A stretch of 64,000 nt of DNA, taken from the NCBI RefSeq assembly GCF_902713615.1, contig NC_052147.1, positions 125,060,435 through 125,124,434 on the forward strand, written 5' to 3'. This DNA is from Scyliorhinus canicula. Its lineage: Eukaryota. The translations under genes and the position numbers were made by a program. Positions 1 to 12,689 of the stretch are shown one piece after another. Numbering within the stretch: position 1 is the first letter of the stretch; each line of letters starts with the position of its first letter. A model generated the notes under the pieces. The model was not told the DNA's origin, searched no databases, and worked only from the letters and a program-made list of their open reading frames with translations.

Positions 1-43
1 ATCTTGGATCGGCACGGGGGACCCTGCAAGCGATTACTCCGTA

Positions 44-2890
44 TTGGATGGCGACTCTGGGTTCCTGCCACGACTCGCCTCGGTGGCGCTGGATCAATCA
101 CGGCCCCGCACGCTTTCCACGGCGACTACACAGATCCAGATCAATGGTCGCAAGACGAGCTGCCTACTGGACTCCGGGAGCACAGAGAGCTTCTTCCACC
201 CCGACACGGTAAGACGCTGCGCGCTCCCCGTTCACCCAGTAAAGCACAAATTCGCTCTGGCATCTGGTTCGCACTCAGACCAAATCACCGGGTGCTGCGT
301 GGCGGACCTCACGGTCCAGAGGAGGGTTTTTAAAAACTATAAATTCCTCATCCTTCCCCGCCTCTGCGCACCGGCACTTCTCGGACTGGACTTTCAGTGC
401 AACCTGCAGAGCTTAACTTTTAAATTCGGCGGCCCTATTCCCCCCTTATTGTCTGCAGCCTCACGTCCCTCAAGGTCGACCCCCCCTTCCCTATTTGCAA
501 ACCTCACCCCGGATTGCAAACCCGTCGCCACCAGGAGCAGACGGTACAGTGCCCAGGACTGGACCTTCATCAGGTCCGAGGTCCAAAGGCTGCTGAAGGA
601 AGAGGTCATAGAGGCCAGCAACAGTCCCTGGTGAGCACAAGTGCTGGTGGTTAAGACTGGGGAGAAAAACCAAACGGTCATCGATTACAGTCAGACCATC
701 AACAGGTTTACGCAGCTGGACGCGCATCCTCTCCCCCGTATCTCCGACCTGGTTAACAGGATCGCGCAGTACAAAGTCTTTTCCACGGTAGACCTTAAGT
801 CCGCCTAATATCAACTCCCCATCCACGCGTGTGACCGAAAATACACTGCTTTCGAAGCGGATGGGCGACTCTACCACTTATTAAGGGTTCCATTTGGCGT
901 CACGAATGGGGTCTCGGTCTTCCAGAGGAAGATGGACCGAATGGTTGATCAATACGATTTACGAGCCACCTTCCCGTATCTCGACAATGTCACCATCTGC
1001 GGCCATGACCAGCAGGACCATGACACCAACCTCCGAAAATTCCTCCGTACCGCAAAACTCCTTAACCTCACGTATAATAAGGATAAATGCGTGTTTAGCA
1101 CCAACCGTCTAGCCATCCTCGGCTACGTAGTACGTAACGGAGTGATAGGCCCCGACCCCGAACGCATGCGCCCCCTAATGGAACTCCCCCTTCCCAACTC
1201 CCTCAAAGCCCTCAAACACTGTCTGGGCTTCTTTTCTTATTATGCCCAGTGGATCCCTAACTACGCCGACAAAGCCCGCCCCCTCATTCAGTCCAACACG
1301 TTCCCCCTGTCGATGGAGGGTCGCCAGGCCTTTGGCCGCGTCAAAACAGACATTGCGAAGGCCACGATGCGTGCTATCGATGAGTCCCTCCCATTCCAGG
1401 TCGAGAGCGACGCATCCGATGTAGCTCTGGCGGCCACCCTCAACCAAGCGGGCAGACCCGTGGCCTTTTTCTCCCGGACCCTCCACGCTTCCGAACTCCG
1501 CCATTCCTCGGTGGAAAAGGAGGCACAGGCCATTGTTGAAGCTGTGCGACATTGGAGGCACTATCTGGCCGGCAGGAGGTTTACCCTCCTCACAGACCAA
1601 CGGTCAGTAGGCTTCATGTTCGATAATGCACAGAGGGGCAAGATCAAGAACGATACGATCTTGAGGTGGTGGATCGAGTTGTCCACGTACAACTACGATA
1701 TCCTGTATCGTCCTGGGAAGCTCAACGAGCCTCCTGATGCCCTGTCCCACGGTACCTGCGCCAACACACAGGTGGACCGCCTCTGCACCCTCCACGCGGA
1801 CCTCTGCTATCCAGGGGTCGCCCATTTTTTTCATTTTATCAAGACCCGCAACGTGTCCTCCTCCATCGAGGAGGTCAGGACTGTAACCAGGGAATGCTAC
1901 ATTTGCGTGGAGTGCAGGACGCACTTCTACCGCCCCGAGCAGGCGCATCTTGCCCTTTTGAACGTCTTAGCATGTACTTCAAGGGTCCCCACCCCTCCAA
2001 CAACTTCAACACATATTTCTTAAATGTGATTGACAAGTACTCCCGCTTCCCATTTGCCATCCCCTGCCCCGACATGACCACATCAACGATCATCAGAGCC
2101 CTCCACTCCATTTCCTCCTTGTTCGGTTACTCCGTGTACATCCACAGCGACCGGGGGTCCTCCTTTATGAGTGACGAGCTGCGTCAATTCCTGCTCAGCA
2201 GGGGCACAGCCTCTAGCAGGACGACCAGTTATATCCCCCGGGGTAACGGTCAGGCCGAGAGGGAGAACGGTACGGTCTGGAAGACCGTCCTACTGGCCCT
2301 GCGGTCCAGGTGTCTCCCAGTCTCCCACTGGCAAGAGGTCCTCCCAGACGCCCTCCACTCTATTCGGTCTCTCCTCTGTACTGCTACAAATCAAACACAT
2401 CATGAACGTCTTCTTGTTTTCCCCAGGATGTCTTCCTCTGGGACCCCACTCCCGACCTGGCTAGCCACCCCCGGGCCCATCCTGCTCCGGAAGCATGTCG
2501 GGTGCACAAGTCCGATCCGTTGGTTGAAAGAGTCCAGTTACTCCACGCGAACCCGCAGTACACGTATGTGGAGTATCCCGACGGACGACAGGTAACGGTC
2601 TCCATTCGGGACCTGGCACCCGCCGGAGTGCGGCCACACCCCCCAGCACCAACACTCCCCCCCCCCAGTCCCGACTGCCCCCAGTGCCCCCAGCACCCCC
2701 GCAACCCCCGCAACCCAACAGGAACCCCTTCCCCCGGCCCGACTACCACTAACTCCGACCAGGGTTACAAACACAGGTCCACGACTGCAGCTCTTGGAGT
2801 CACGGACGACCACCGCTCCAACGTGACCAGCGCCGCTGCGCAGGTCCGGCAGGACACCAAAGGCACCCACCCGGCTGATCGAGTCAATTT
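44..2890 (+). pseudogene. pol: Degenerate gypsy pol (protease, RT, RNase H, integrase)
   Basis: Protease LLDSGS (ORF 44-634); RT SNSPW*, VDLKSA, PFGV, YLDN; RNase H ESDASD/SVEKEA/LTDQ/PDALS (ORF 932-2023); integrase HSDRGSSF and NGQAERENG (ORF 1894-2595). Interrupted by stops (632-634, 807-809) and frameshifts. Confidence 0.93.
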
Positions 2891-3168
2891 TTTGGACCTT
2901 ATGGACTTTCATGTTCTGCATATGTTCCTTGCCTGTGCTTTTTATTATTATTACTATGGTTATTGTTGGGTTTTTTTCTCCTGTGCACTGTATATAGCAT
3001 GGTTTTCTTAGACGTTCATTGCGGGCCAGTGGGCAGCCATAGTTACCTCAGTACTACCTGAGAAGGTCCCTAGTCATACTACCAGTTTTATGGGACATAC
3101 ACCCCCCCCCCCCCGTCTCTCCCTTCACTCCTTCCCATCCCCCCGCTTCTTTCTCAACAAGGGGTGAA

Positions 3169-3471
3169 TGTGGTAGTATGACTAGAGAGATCATATTACC
3201 AAAGAACCAAGCTGCCATTGGTACAGCAGCCTCGCTGCACATTGGCCCAGGCATGTCATGTGCCTCTCTGCCAATTGGTTGTGGCTGGTCATGTGACTCC
3301 CTATCGATTGGCTGAGAGGTTGATAGCTCCGCCTACAAGGCAGGGTATAAGAGCTCGTACCGGCTGGCAGTCGGCCTTTCTCTGTACGACCACTGCTGGG
3401 CTCATATGTAGCGTATTAAAGCCTGTTGTTTGGAACTTCACTACGACTCGAGTCCAATTGATGGTGCATCA
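3169..3471 (+). repeat. 3' LTR of family A copy 1 (303 bp)
   Basis: TG...CA termini; CCAAT/ATTGG boxes; TATAA at ~3345; ATTAAA at 3415-3420. Confidence 0.95.
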
Positions 3472-4808
3472 GAACTCGTTGGACTCATCTCGCTTTATCA
3501 CACTGTGGGGCCTCGCTAAGTGGACCAATTAGAGGATGATACCGGGTCGAATGTCGGAAAGCTCACAGCAGTTCCTGCTCGCTACCACACTTAGAAACTA
3601 TTCCATTAAATCGTGCCCTGTACCTTGAATTTTCTGTTGAGGTGCACTTTTTCTTTCCAATTGATCTCAAGTTGAGAAGCTTCAATCCTGATTTTCCCCA
3701 AAGTTTTGCTCATCCATGTCCACCAACAGTCAATATTCCACAAAGCCCAATATTGTATTTTACGTTTACATTTTAATCATTTACTTCCCCTGTTAAGTGT
3801 CGTATTCACAGACCAATCCATTTTATCTTCGACAAAAGGAGGTAGGGATTCTATTTTCGACGCAATTGCCAACCAGGGCACAAAATGCTCAACAAATTGT
3901 GCTGGTTTTCAAAGTTAATGTTAATAGTTCAAGCTTCCACTCAAATTAATTTGCATAATCACCAACATAAAATCATTCATGAATTCGCTCAATTGGATAG
4001 AATCTAATTTCAAAAAATACAGCTTATAACTACATGTCTTGACACATTTATAAGTAATCATCTGCTACAGTTTTGAATACAGTTGAAAATGCGCTCGTAA
4101 CAAAAAATAAGTAGTTTTAATGAGAGTGTCTAGTTCAAGACTTACTTTTATTTAAATGAAAATGAATTTATAAGACAACAAAGGAATGAAACTGGTTGAA
4201 CCACCTGGCATTGACCTAGGAACCGGAAATGACAATGGCAAACCCAGCCTTGTCGACCATGAAAATGTTACATCCTGACTAACAACTAACTTGTGCCAAA
4301 GTTGGGAGAGCTGTCTCACTGGCCAATCAAGCAACAGCCTTATGTAATCATACTCATAGGATCATACCTTGCATTCAATGTCCCAGGCACCGCCATCATC
4401 ATTCCTGGGCGTGCCCTGTCCCACGGGCAGGACAGACCCAGAAGAGGTGGCGGCACAGTCAGTAGGGTGTTGCCCTGGGAATTCTCAACATTGACTCTGG
4501 ACTCCATGAAGTCTCACGGCATCAGGGCAAACATGGGCAAGGAAAGCCCCTGCTGACTATCACGCACCGTTCCACCTTCAGATGATGAATCAGTACTCCT
4601 CCATGTTTAACTCTCCATGGAAGAGGCACTGAGGGTGGCAGGGGAATAGAATGTAGTCTGGGTGGTCCACCACCAAGAGTGGTTTGGAAGCATCACCACT
4701 GAGTGTCAACCTGGTGAGGCTACATCACAGGCAAGATCACCAATTGCATGCCGCACAGCAAAACCTTCTACGATAGAGAGAGCATAGCAATTCCATAACC
4801 AACACATC

Positions 4809-5489
4809 AGGCGCGATTCCCCGCTGCCCAGGCCGGGTGGGAGAATCGCGGAGGGCCTCTCTGGCACTCCCCGTGATTCTCCCACCCCCCCCCCCCCCCA
4901 AAATGGCGTGTCGTGTTGTGCGACACGCCACTCGGAGAATAGCGGAGCGGGTTGCCGTTTTTCGTGGCGACCCGCGATTCTCTGGCCTGGATGGGCCGAG
5001 CGGCCTGCTGTTCATGCCGGCAGCAACCCACCTGGTCGCTGCTGGCGTGAACATATCTCAAAAGGTGAGTTTGGGGCTTGTGGGGGGTGGAGAGGGGAGC
5101 GAGCACCACGGCCGTCTCGGGAGGGGACTGACCCGCGATCGGTGCCCACCGATCGTCGGGCCGGCATCTCCAAGAGACGCACTCTTTCCCCTCCACTGCC
5201 CCGCAAGATCAAGCCGCCACATCTTGCGGGCAGTGGAGGGGAAGACAGCAACCGTGCATGCCCGGGTTGGCGCCGGCCAACCTGCGCATGCGCGGCTGAT
5301 GTCATTAGGCGCCGCCGGCCGCGTCATTCTCGGCGCACTGGGCCTTGATGCCAGCAACAAGGCCCGGCGGCCGAGTTCCTCGCAAGCCCCCCCGGGAGGG
5401 GAGAATAGGGGGCGAGGAGCGGCCTCCGACGCCGTCGTAAAACACTCCAGGTTTCACGACGGCGTCGGCCATTGCGGAGAATTCCGCCC
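4809..5489. mobile_element. GC-rich PIF/Harbinger-type MITE
   Basis: Termini AGGCGCGATTCCCCG / CGGAGAATTCCGCCC; 3-bp TSD ATC on both sides; related copies at 22953 and 41580. Confidence 0.85.
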
Positions 5490-6353
5490 ATCAAATCTAA
5501 GCTCTGCAGTCCTGCCATATCCAGCTTTGAATGGTTATGGACAATTAAACAACTCACTGAAGGAGGTGGCTCCACATAATACTCATCCTCAATGATGGGG
5601 AGCCCAGGACATCAGTGCAAAATATAAGGCTGAAGCACTTGCAACAATCTTCAGCCAAAAGAGGTCTGGAGGTCCCCAGCATCACAGATGCCAGTCTTCA
5701 ACTAATTTGATTCACTCAACCTGATATAACGAAATGGCTGAAGGCACTGGACACTGCAAAGGCTCTGGACCCTGCCAATATTCTGGAAATAATACTGAAG
5801 AATGATGCTCTAGAATTTGCTGCACCCCTAGCCAAGCTGTTCCAGTACAGCTACAACACTGGCATCTACCAGGCAATGTGGAAAATTGCCCAGGTCTGTT
5901 CTGTACATAAAAATCCAACCTGGCCAATTACTGCCCTCACTTGACTTTTGATCATCAGTTAAATGATAGAAGGGGGCCATTGACAGTGCTATAAAGCAGC
6001 ACATACTTTTCAATAACATGCTCAATAACCTGCCCATAATTGTTCTGAAAGGCCCAATCAACTTCTGACCTTATTACTGTCTTAGTCCAAACATGGACAA
6101 AAGAGCTGAACACCAGAGGTCAGGTGAGAGTGACTGCCCTTGATATCAGGGCAGCACTAGACCGAGTATGGCATCAAGGAGCCTTTGCAAAGCTGGAGTC
6201 AATGAGAATCAGCGGGAAAACTGTCCGCTCGTTGGAGTCATACCTGGCACAAAGGAAGGTGGCTGTGGTGGTTGGATGTCAATTATTTCACTCCCAGGAC
6301 ATTGCTACTGACATTCCTATGGGGAATGTCCTCGGCCAAACCATCTTCAGCTG

Positions 6354-6585
6354 TGATGCACGATCAATTACGACGAGATTAGAGTAGAGTGTAATATTAC
6401 GCAGAGATGTGGAGCCTCCCGCAGCTGCTGCCGAAATGGCTGCAGTTCGGAGAGCACACACATTTATACTCCGCCTACTGGGCGGAGCCAGCAGGCAGGG
6501 ATCTACCCCCGTACCTGTAGTACAGGGGCCTTACCATAATACCCTCGTATGCAGTATACACAATACAACAGTGGTGACTACCACA
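6354..6585 (-). repeat. 3' LTR, family B
   Basis: Matches 10422-10662 apart from small deletions; TG/CA termini. Confidence 0.95.
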
Positions 6586-6669
6586 TTCACCCCCTGTTAA
6601 AAAAAGAGTCCAGCGGGGGTGGTGGAAAACTATTTACATACAGGTTGTTTAAAATTTAAGAAAGAGGTT

Positions 6670-9450
6670 ACAAATTTAGACGATCGGGCGCCTTGATCCG
6701 TCGTTGCGAGCGCCGCAATCGTGGTGACGATTCAGGCGTCGGTTCGTTCATCGGTGACTCCGGGAGCGCGTCAACCTCATCTTCATCCCCGGGTGGGATC
6801 AAGGGGAGGGTGGATCGTCCTGGATCGGGGGCTGCTATGGGGTGCGCTGGGGGGAGGGAGGGTGGTGCCTGGGCAGGGGGGGGGGGGGTGTGTGTGGGGA
6901 ACCAGCTGGCGCCAGGTCTCTGAGGGAGACTGTGTCTTGGCGGCCATCGGGGTACGCTACATAGGCGTACTGCGGGTTTACGTGGAGTAGCTGTACCCTC
7001 TCAACCAACGGGTCCGCCTTGTGTAGCCGCACGTACTTGCGGAGGAGAACAGGTCCTGGAGCTGCCAGCCATGTTGGGCGTGAAACCCTGGGGCAGGCAA
7101 AGAGACGTTCATGGGGAGTTTCATTAGTCGCAGTGCACAGGAGCGACCGAATGGAGTGAAGGGCGTTGGGGAGGTCCTCCTGCCAGCAAGAGGCCGGGTG
7201 ATTTCTGGACCGTAGGGCCAGCAGGAAGGCCTTTCAGACAGTCCCATTCTCCCGCTCCACCTGCCCGTTTCCCTGAGGATTGTAGCTGGTCGTCCTGCTC
7301 GAGGCAATGCCCCTGTTGAGCAGGTACTGGTGCAGCTCATCGCTCATAAATGAGGATCCCCGGTCGCTGTGGACATAGGCGGGGAAACCGAACAGAGTAA
7401 AGATGGTGTTGAGAGCTTTGATGACAGTGGCAGACGTCATGTTAGGGCATGGGATGGCAAAAGGGAATCTTGAATATTCGTCAACCACATTGAGAAAGTA
7501 TGTGTTGCGGTCGGTGGAGGGGAGGGGCCCTTTGAAGTCCACGCTGAGGCGTTCAAAGGGGCGGGATGCCTTTACCAGGCACGCACTGTCTGGCCGGTAG
7601 AAGTGCGGTTTACACTCCGCGCAGACCTGGCAGTCTCTGGTGATAGCCCTGACCTCCTCAATGGAGTAGGGCAGATTGCGGGCCTTCATGAAGTGATAAA
7701 AGTGGGTGACCCCTGGGTGATAAAGATCGTCGTGCAGGGTGCGGAATCGGTCCACTTGTGCATTGGCACATGTACCTCGGGAGAGGGCATCGGGGGGCTA
7801 GTTGAGCTTACCAGGGTGATAAAAAATCTCGTAATTGTAGGTGGAGAGCTCGATCCTCCACCTCAAGATTTTATCATTTTTGATCTTACCCCGCTGTGTG
7901 TCATTAAACATAAAGGCAACCGACCGTTGGTCAGTGAGGAGAGTGAATCTCCTGCCGGTCAGGTAATGCCTCCAATGTCGCACAGCTTCAACGATAGCTT
8001 GGGCCTCGTTTTCAACAGAGGAGTGGCGAATTTTGGAGGCATGGAGGGTGCGGGAAAAGAATGCCACGGGCCTGCCTGCCTGGTTGAGGGTGGTGGCTCG
8101 AGCGACATCTGATGCATCGCTCTCGACTTGGAAGGGGAGTGTCTTGTCGACCGCGTGCATCGCGGCCTTGGCGATGTCGGCCTTGATACGGTTGAAGGCC
8201 TGGTGAGCTTCGGCCATCAGGGGAAAACTGTGGAGTGGATGAGTGGACGGGCCTTGTCTGCACAGTTTGGGACCCACTGGGCGTAGTACGAGAAAAACCC
8301 CAGGCATCGTTTGAGGGCCTTGGGGGCCTTGGGGCAGTGGGAGTTTCATGAGGGAGCGCATGCGATTGGGGTCGGGCCCTTGAACTCCGTTCTGAACCAC
8401 ATAGCCGAGGATGGCTAATCAGTCCGTGCTGAACATGCACGACTCCTTGTTTTAGGTTAGGTTGAGGAGTTTGACGGTGTGGAGGAATTTGAAAGGTTAG
8501 CGTCGTGGTCCTGCTGGTCGTGGCCGCAGGTGGTGACGTTATCCAGGTACGGGAAAGTGGCCCGCAATCCATACCGGTCAGCCATTCAGTCCATGTCCCG
8601 TTTGAAGACTGAGACCCCGTTCGTGACGCCGAAGTGAACCCTAAGGAAGTGGTAAAGGCGGCCGTCCGCCTCAAACGCGGTGTACTGGTGGTCCGCCTTG
8701 CGAATGGGGAGCTGGTGGTAGGCAGATTTCAGGTCCACTGTCGAGAAGACCAGGTAATGGGCAATCTGATTGACCATATCAGATACACGTGAGAGGGGGT
8801 ACGCGTAGAGCTGCGTGTGCCGATTGATGGCCTGACTGTTGTCAACGACCATCCTGTTTTTCTCCCCAGTTTTCACCACAACCACTTGGGCTCACTAGGG
8901 GCTGTTGCTGGCCTCGTTAATACTTTCCCACAGCAGCCGCTGGACCTCAGATCTGATGAAGGTCCTGTCCTGGGCACTGTACCGTCAGCTCCTGGTGGCG
9001 ACGTGTTTGCAATACGGGGTGAGGTTCGCAAACAGGGAAGGTGGGTCGATCTTAAGGGTCGTGAGGCCGCATTCAGTAAGGGGTGGTTGGGGCTCACCAA
9101 ATTTCAGTGTTGGGCTCTGGAGGTTGCACTGGAAGTCTAGGCCGAGTAGCAAGGCAGCGCAAAAGTTGGGGAGGACGTAGAGCTGGAAGCTGCTGAACTC
9201 TACACCCTGGATGGTGAGGGTGGCGGTGCAATTCCCCCGGATCGCCAGGGAGATTCTCTGGTTGATAGGGTGTACCGTGAGGGAGCAGCACCTTACCATA
9301 TCGGGGCGGATGAGCTCTCAGTGCTCCTGGAATCCAGAAGGCAGGATATCTTGTGCTCGTCGACCTTCACTGTCGTCGACGCGGTCGCGATGTTGTGCGG
9401 TCGGGACTGGTCGATCGTGATGGAGGCCAGACATGGCTGATAGGCGGCAA
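6670..9450 (-). pseudogene. pol: Degenerate gypsy pol, family B
   Basis: CLLDS (protease); VDLKSAYHQ and YLDN (RT); ESDASD (RNase H); HxxxxH...CQVC zinc finger and VDFKGP/HSDRG/VERENG (integrase, ORF 7234-7755). Multiple frameshifts. Confidence 0.92.
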
Positions 9451-10395
9451 TAAGCGGCCTGATGAGGTGCCCGATGAGCAGGGGTCCTGAGGTGCGGAAG
9501 ATGGCAGCCTCCACGGGCTCCACGTTTCATGGGGCAGGCATGATGGCGGTGCCCAGGGGTCGCTCGTGTTGTGAGGCGAGTAAGATGGCGAGCAAGATGG
9601 CGGCGCCCACGGGCTCCACGTGGTCTGAGGCGAGCAAGATGGCGCCCACGGGCTCCACGTGTTCTGAGGCGAGGAAGATGGCGGCGTCCGCGGGTCGCAC
9701 ATGGGGGGTGCCAGGGCAATAGTGGCGACCAAGCGGGCTTGGCACACAGCAGCAAAATGTCCTTTCTTCCCGCAGGCCTTGCAGAGAGCACTCTGTGCCG
9801 GGCAGCACTGTCAGGGGTGTTTTGACTGTCCGCAGAAGCAGCACTTGGGTCCCCAGGGTTGGTTGGCTGCCTCGGGGGCATATGCCTGTATATTGCGTTA
9901 GGCGACTGTGAGCTTGGTCGCCGCGAGTTCGAGGGTAGCCGCTTCTAAGAGTCGCTGGCAGATGTAGGCTGACCCTATGCCTGTAACAAACGCGTCTCTA
10001 AGTAGGAGGTCAGAATGTTCAGCGGCCGAAACGGCCTGGCAATCGCAGTCTCTCACCAGGAGTTGCAGGGTACGCCAGAAATCTTCCACAGACTCACCGG
10101 GGAGTTGGTGCCACGTGGAGAGGAGGTGCCTGGCATAGATTTTGTTGGTCTGCTGAGTATAGTTCTCCTTCAGTTGCGCCATGGCCTCAGCGTAGGTTGG
10201 CGCGTCCCGGATGAGGGGAAAGATGTCGGAGCTCAGACCCGTGTAAAGGATCTGGAGCTTCTGTGCCTCTGAGGGTGGTTCTGTCACAGATCCGATGTAT
10301 GTCTTGAAGCAAGCTAGCCAATGTGCGAAGGCCAACTTGGCGTTGTCTGCTTGAGGGTGCAGCTGCAGGCGATCAGGCTTGATGCGGAGGCCCAT
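9450..10395 (-). pseudogene. gag: Degenerate gypsy gag, family B
   Basis: ORF 9898-10395 MGLRIKPDRL...RDAFVTG is homologous to the family A gag at 54479-54799; paired CCHC knuckles CCFCGQSKHP...CKACGKKGHFAAVC at ~9745-9845. Confidence 0.88.
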
Positions 10396-10421
10396 CGTTT
10401 TAAAATCTCTGCGTAATAAAT

Positions 10422-10662
10422 TGATGCACTATCAATTACGACAAGACGAGAGTAGAGTGTAATCGAGGCTTTATTAAGCAGAGATGTGTAGCCTCCCGCA
10501 GCTGCTACCAAAATGGCTGCAGTTCGGAGAGCCCACACATTTATACTCCACCTACTGGGGGGAGCCAGCAGGCAGGGATCTACCCCCGTACCTGTAGTAC
10601 AGGGGCCTTACCGTAATACTCTCTTATGCAGTATACACAATACAACAATGGTGACTACCACA
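10422..10662 (-). repeat. 5' LTR, family B (241 bp)
   Basis: TG/CA termini; minus-strand TATAAA at ~10541-10546 and AATAAA at 10470-10475. Confidence 0.95.
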
Positions 10663-12689
10663 AGCTGCTTCAGCATTGACAATCCCTCCATCTTAAGGTC
10701 AGATGTGGGGATGTTTGCTGATTATTGCACGATGTTCAGTACCATTCAGAAATCCTTAAATGCCAAAGCAGTTTGTGCCAATATGCAGTAATATCTGTAT
10801 ACATTTCAGGCTTGGGCTGATAAGTGGCATGCAACATTCACACTACACAAATGCCAGGCAATGGCAATATCTAACAAGAGGGAATGTAACCACCTCTGTT
10901 TGACATTCAATGGCATTACCTCCATTGAAACCCCCACAATCAACGTCTTGGGGGGAGGGGTTATCATTGAAACTGAACTGGACTAGCTATATAAATATTT
11001 TGATGCCACAAGCAGGTCAGAGGATGGGAATTCTGCAGCGAGTAACTCACCTCCTGATTCCCCAAACGCTGCTTACCATCTACAAGGCACAAGTCAGGAG
11101 TGTGATGGAATACTCTCCATTTGCTTGGATGGCTGTCGTTCCATCAACTCTCAAGAAGCTTGACACTGTCCAGGACAAAGCAGCCCACTGGATTAGCATG
11201 CCTTCCACCACCTTAAACATATACTCCCTCCACCAGCAATACATTGCGGCAGCCGTGTGCACCATCTACAAGATGTACTGCAGGAACTCACCAAGGCTCC
11301 TTCAACAGCAACTTTCAAACCCACGGCCTCTACCACCTAGAAGGACAAGAGCAGCAGATACTTGGGAACCCCACCACCTGAAAGTTTTCCTCCAAGTCAT
11401 TCACCATCCTGAGTTGGAAATATATTGCCGTTCCTTCATTGTGCTGGGCCAAAGTCCAAAAATTCTCTCTCCAACAACACTGTGGGTCAGGGCCTGCAAC
11501 AATTCAAGAGGGCAGCTCAAGGACAATTAGCGACAATAAATGCTGGTCTAGTCAGTGATGCCCACATTCAGTGAATGACTAACAAATTCCACAACCAATT
11601 ACCGGTTCTCAGGATAGAGTTGTCAGTTCCTGTACAAATTAAATATATTTTTAATATTCAAAACTTATTAAAAGGTGTCCATTAATGGGCTTTCTGTTTA
11701 AAAAGAAGTTTAATTTTCAGAGCCCCTTCATAGGCCTTTAAATGGCTGCCAATAGCAGAAATTTGCCATGGTGATTAATTCAATCCGGGGCCGTAGTAAT
11801 TGTTGTGGGTGGGACGATGTAAAAGATTGTGGAAAGTCAGTTTGCCCTGGGTGTCATTTGTGGTTCGAATTTCACCCCTCATTTGCACTGGTTTGGCTGA
11901 TGCTGAGCAAACTAATAGAAATTCTATCCCAAAATACTCAAAATCATAATGCAGCACAATTCCTGGAATGTGAAAGTTCTATTTCAGTAAGTGTGCCGCC
12001 ATTTTGTCTATTTTGTTTAAGCTATCCCAATTATTGTAATTTATTCACACAAATGTGTAGATATTCAGTGATAAAAAGTACCAAGCCTATTTATGATATT
12101 TTTAAACTAAATTCAGAGATTTTGATTAGAGTAAGATCTGACACGGAGGAGAATGTTTTGGATAGAAAGTAAGGCTGTTTACTGCAAAGCTGGATTTTGA
12201 CAATAGTTTCTCAAATTTGACTATGGTTTCAGATAATAGTTGAGTGCTATAATTGAGCAATTATGAAAAGCCAGGGTTCATTTTCATTAACTAAATGGCC
12301 CATTTTCAGGTATTTGGATCCTGAGCAAAACATGAAAAACTTTTTTCTTGTTTAGAGACATTTTCAAAGCGAGTACAATGTAAATATTCAAATCTGTTGG
12401 TTAGTAAACTAGGAAGAGGAAATTTTTTTATTTGATAATCGGTACAGTGTTGAGCATTGTACTGTGAAATTTATACCACAATACTTTCTACCTGAAGTGA
12501 GTGCTTTCAAAAATACACAATTAAAAAAAAAAAAGTGGCAAAAAGAAAAATATATCAGGGGACTTGAAAATATTACCTGGGATATGAGGGCTATGATCAG
12601 GTTTTTAAAAAATCACAATCATTGTTAAATTATGCCAGAGGCTATTACCACTCAAAAACAATGCAATTTGCATGTTGACCTTAAGAGGG

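Larger units (their letters stand above)
1..3471 (+). mobile_element. Ty3/gypsy LTR retrotransposon, family A copy 1 (5' part outside window; pol and 3' LTR visible)
   Basis: Domain order PR-RT-RH-IN. PPT-like CAACAAGGGGTGAA at ~3155-3168 directly precedes an LTR (TGTGGTAG...GCATCA) closely similar to the LTRs at 50773 and 54817. Confidence 0.96.
6354..10662 (-). mobile_element. Full-length degenerate Ty3/gypsy LTR retrotransposon, family B
   Basis: LTRs at 6354-6585 and 10422-10662; 5-bp TSD AGCTG (6349-6353, 10663-10667); PPT complement TTCACCCCCTGTT at 6586; gag, PR, RT, RH and IN all on the minus strand. Confidence 0.97.
4190..11585 (+). mobile_element. Decayed L2/CR1-group LINE, interrupted by a Harbinger MITE (4809-5489) and a gypsy element (6354-10662)
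   Basis: Endonuclease-like DRPRRGGG at ~4430; RT motifs ALDIRAALDRVWHQG (6124-), GNVLGQTIFSC continuing after the insertion as MFADYC (~10710), then IYKAQVRSVMEYS; 3' end AATAAATGCTGG...CCCACATTCAGTGAATGA. Confidence 0.85.

Noticed and set aside
2890-3168. env-like or extra ORF after integrase
   Set aside because: Only ~280 bp of low-complexity untranslated sequence before the PPT.
4737-5595. Long overlapping GC-rich ORFs here and at 23151-23670, 25438-26070, 32509-33595, 35301-36298, 41433-41991
   Set aside because: They lie within non-coding MITEs; stop-codon scarcity reflects GC content, and frames are not conserved between copies.
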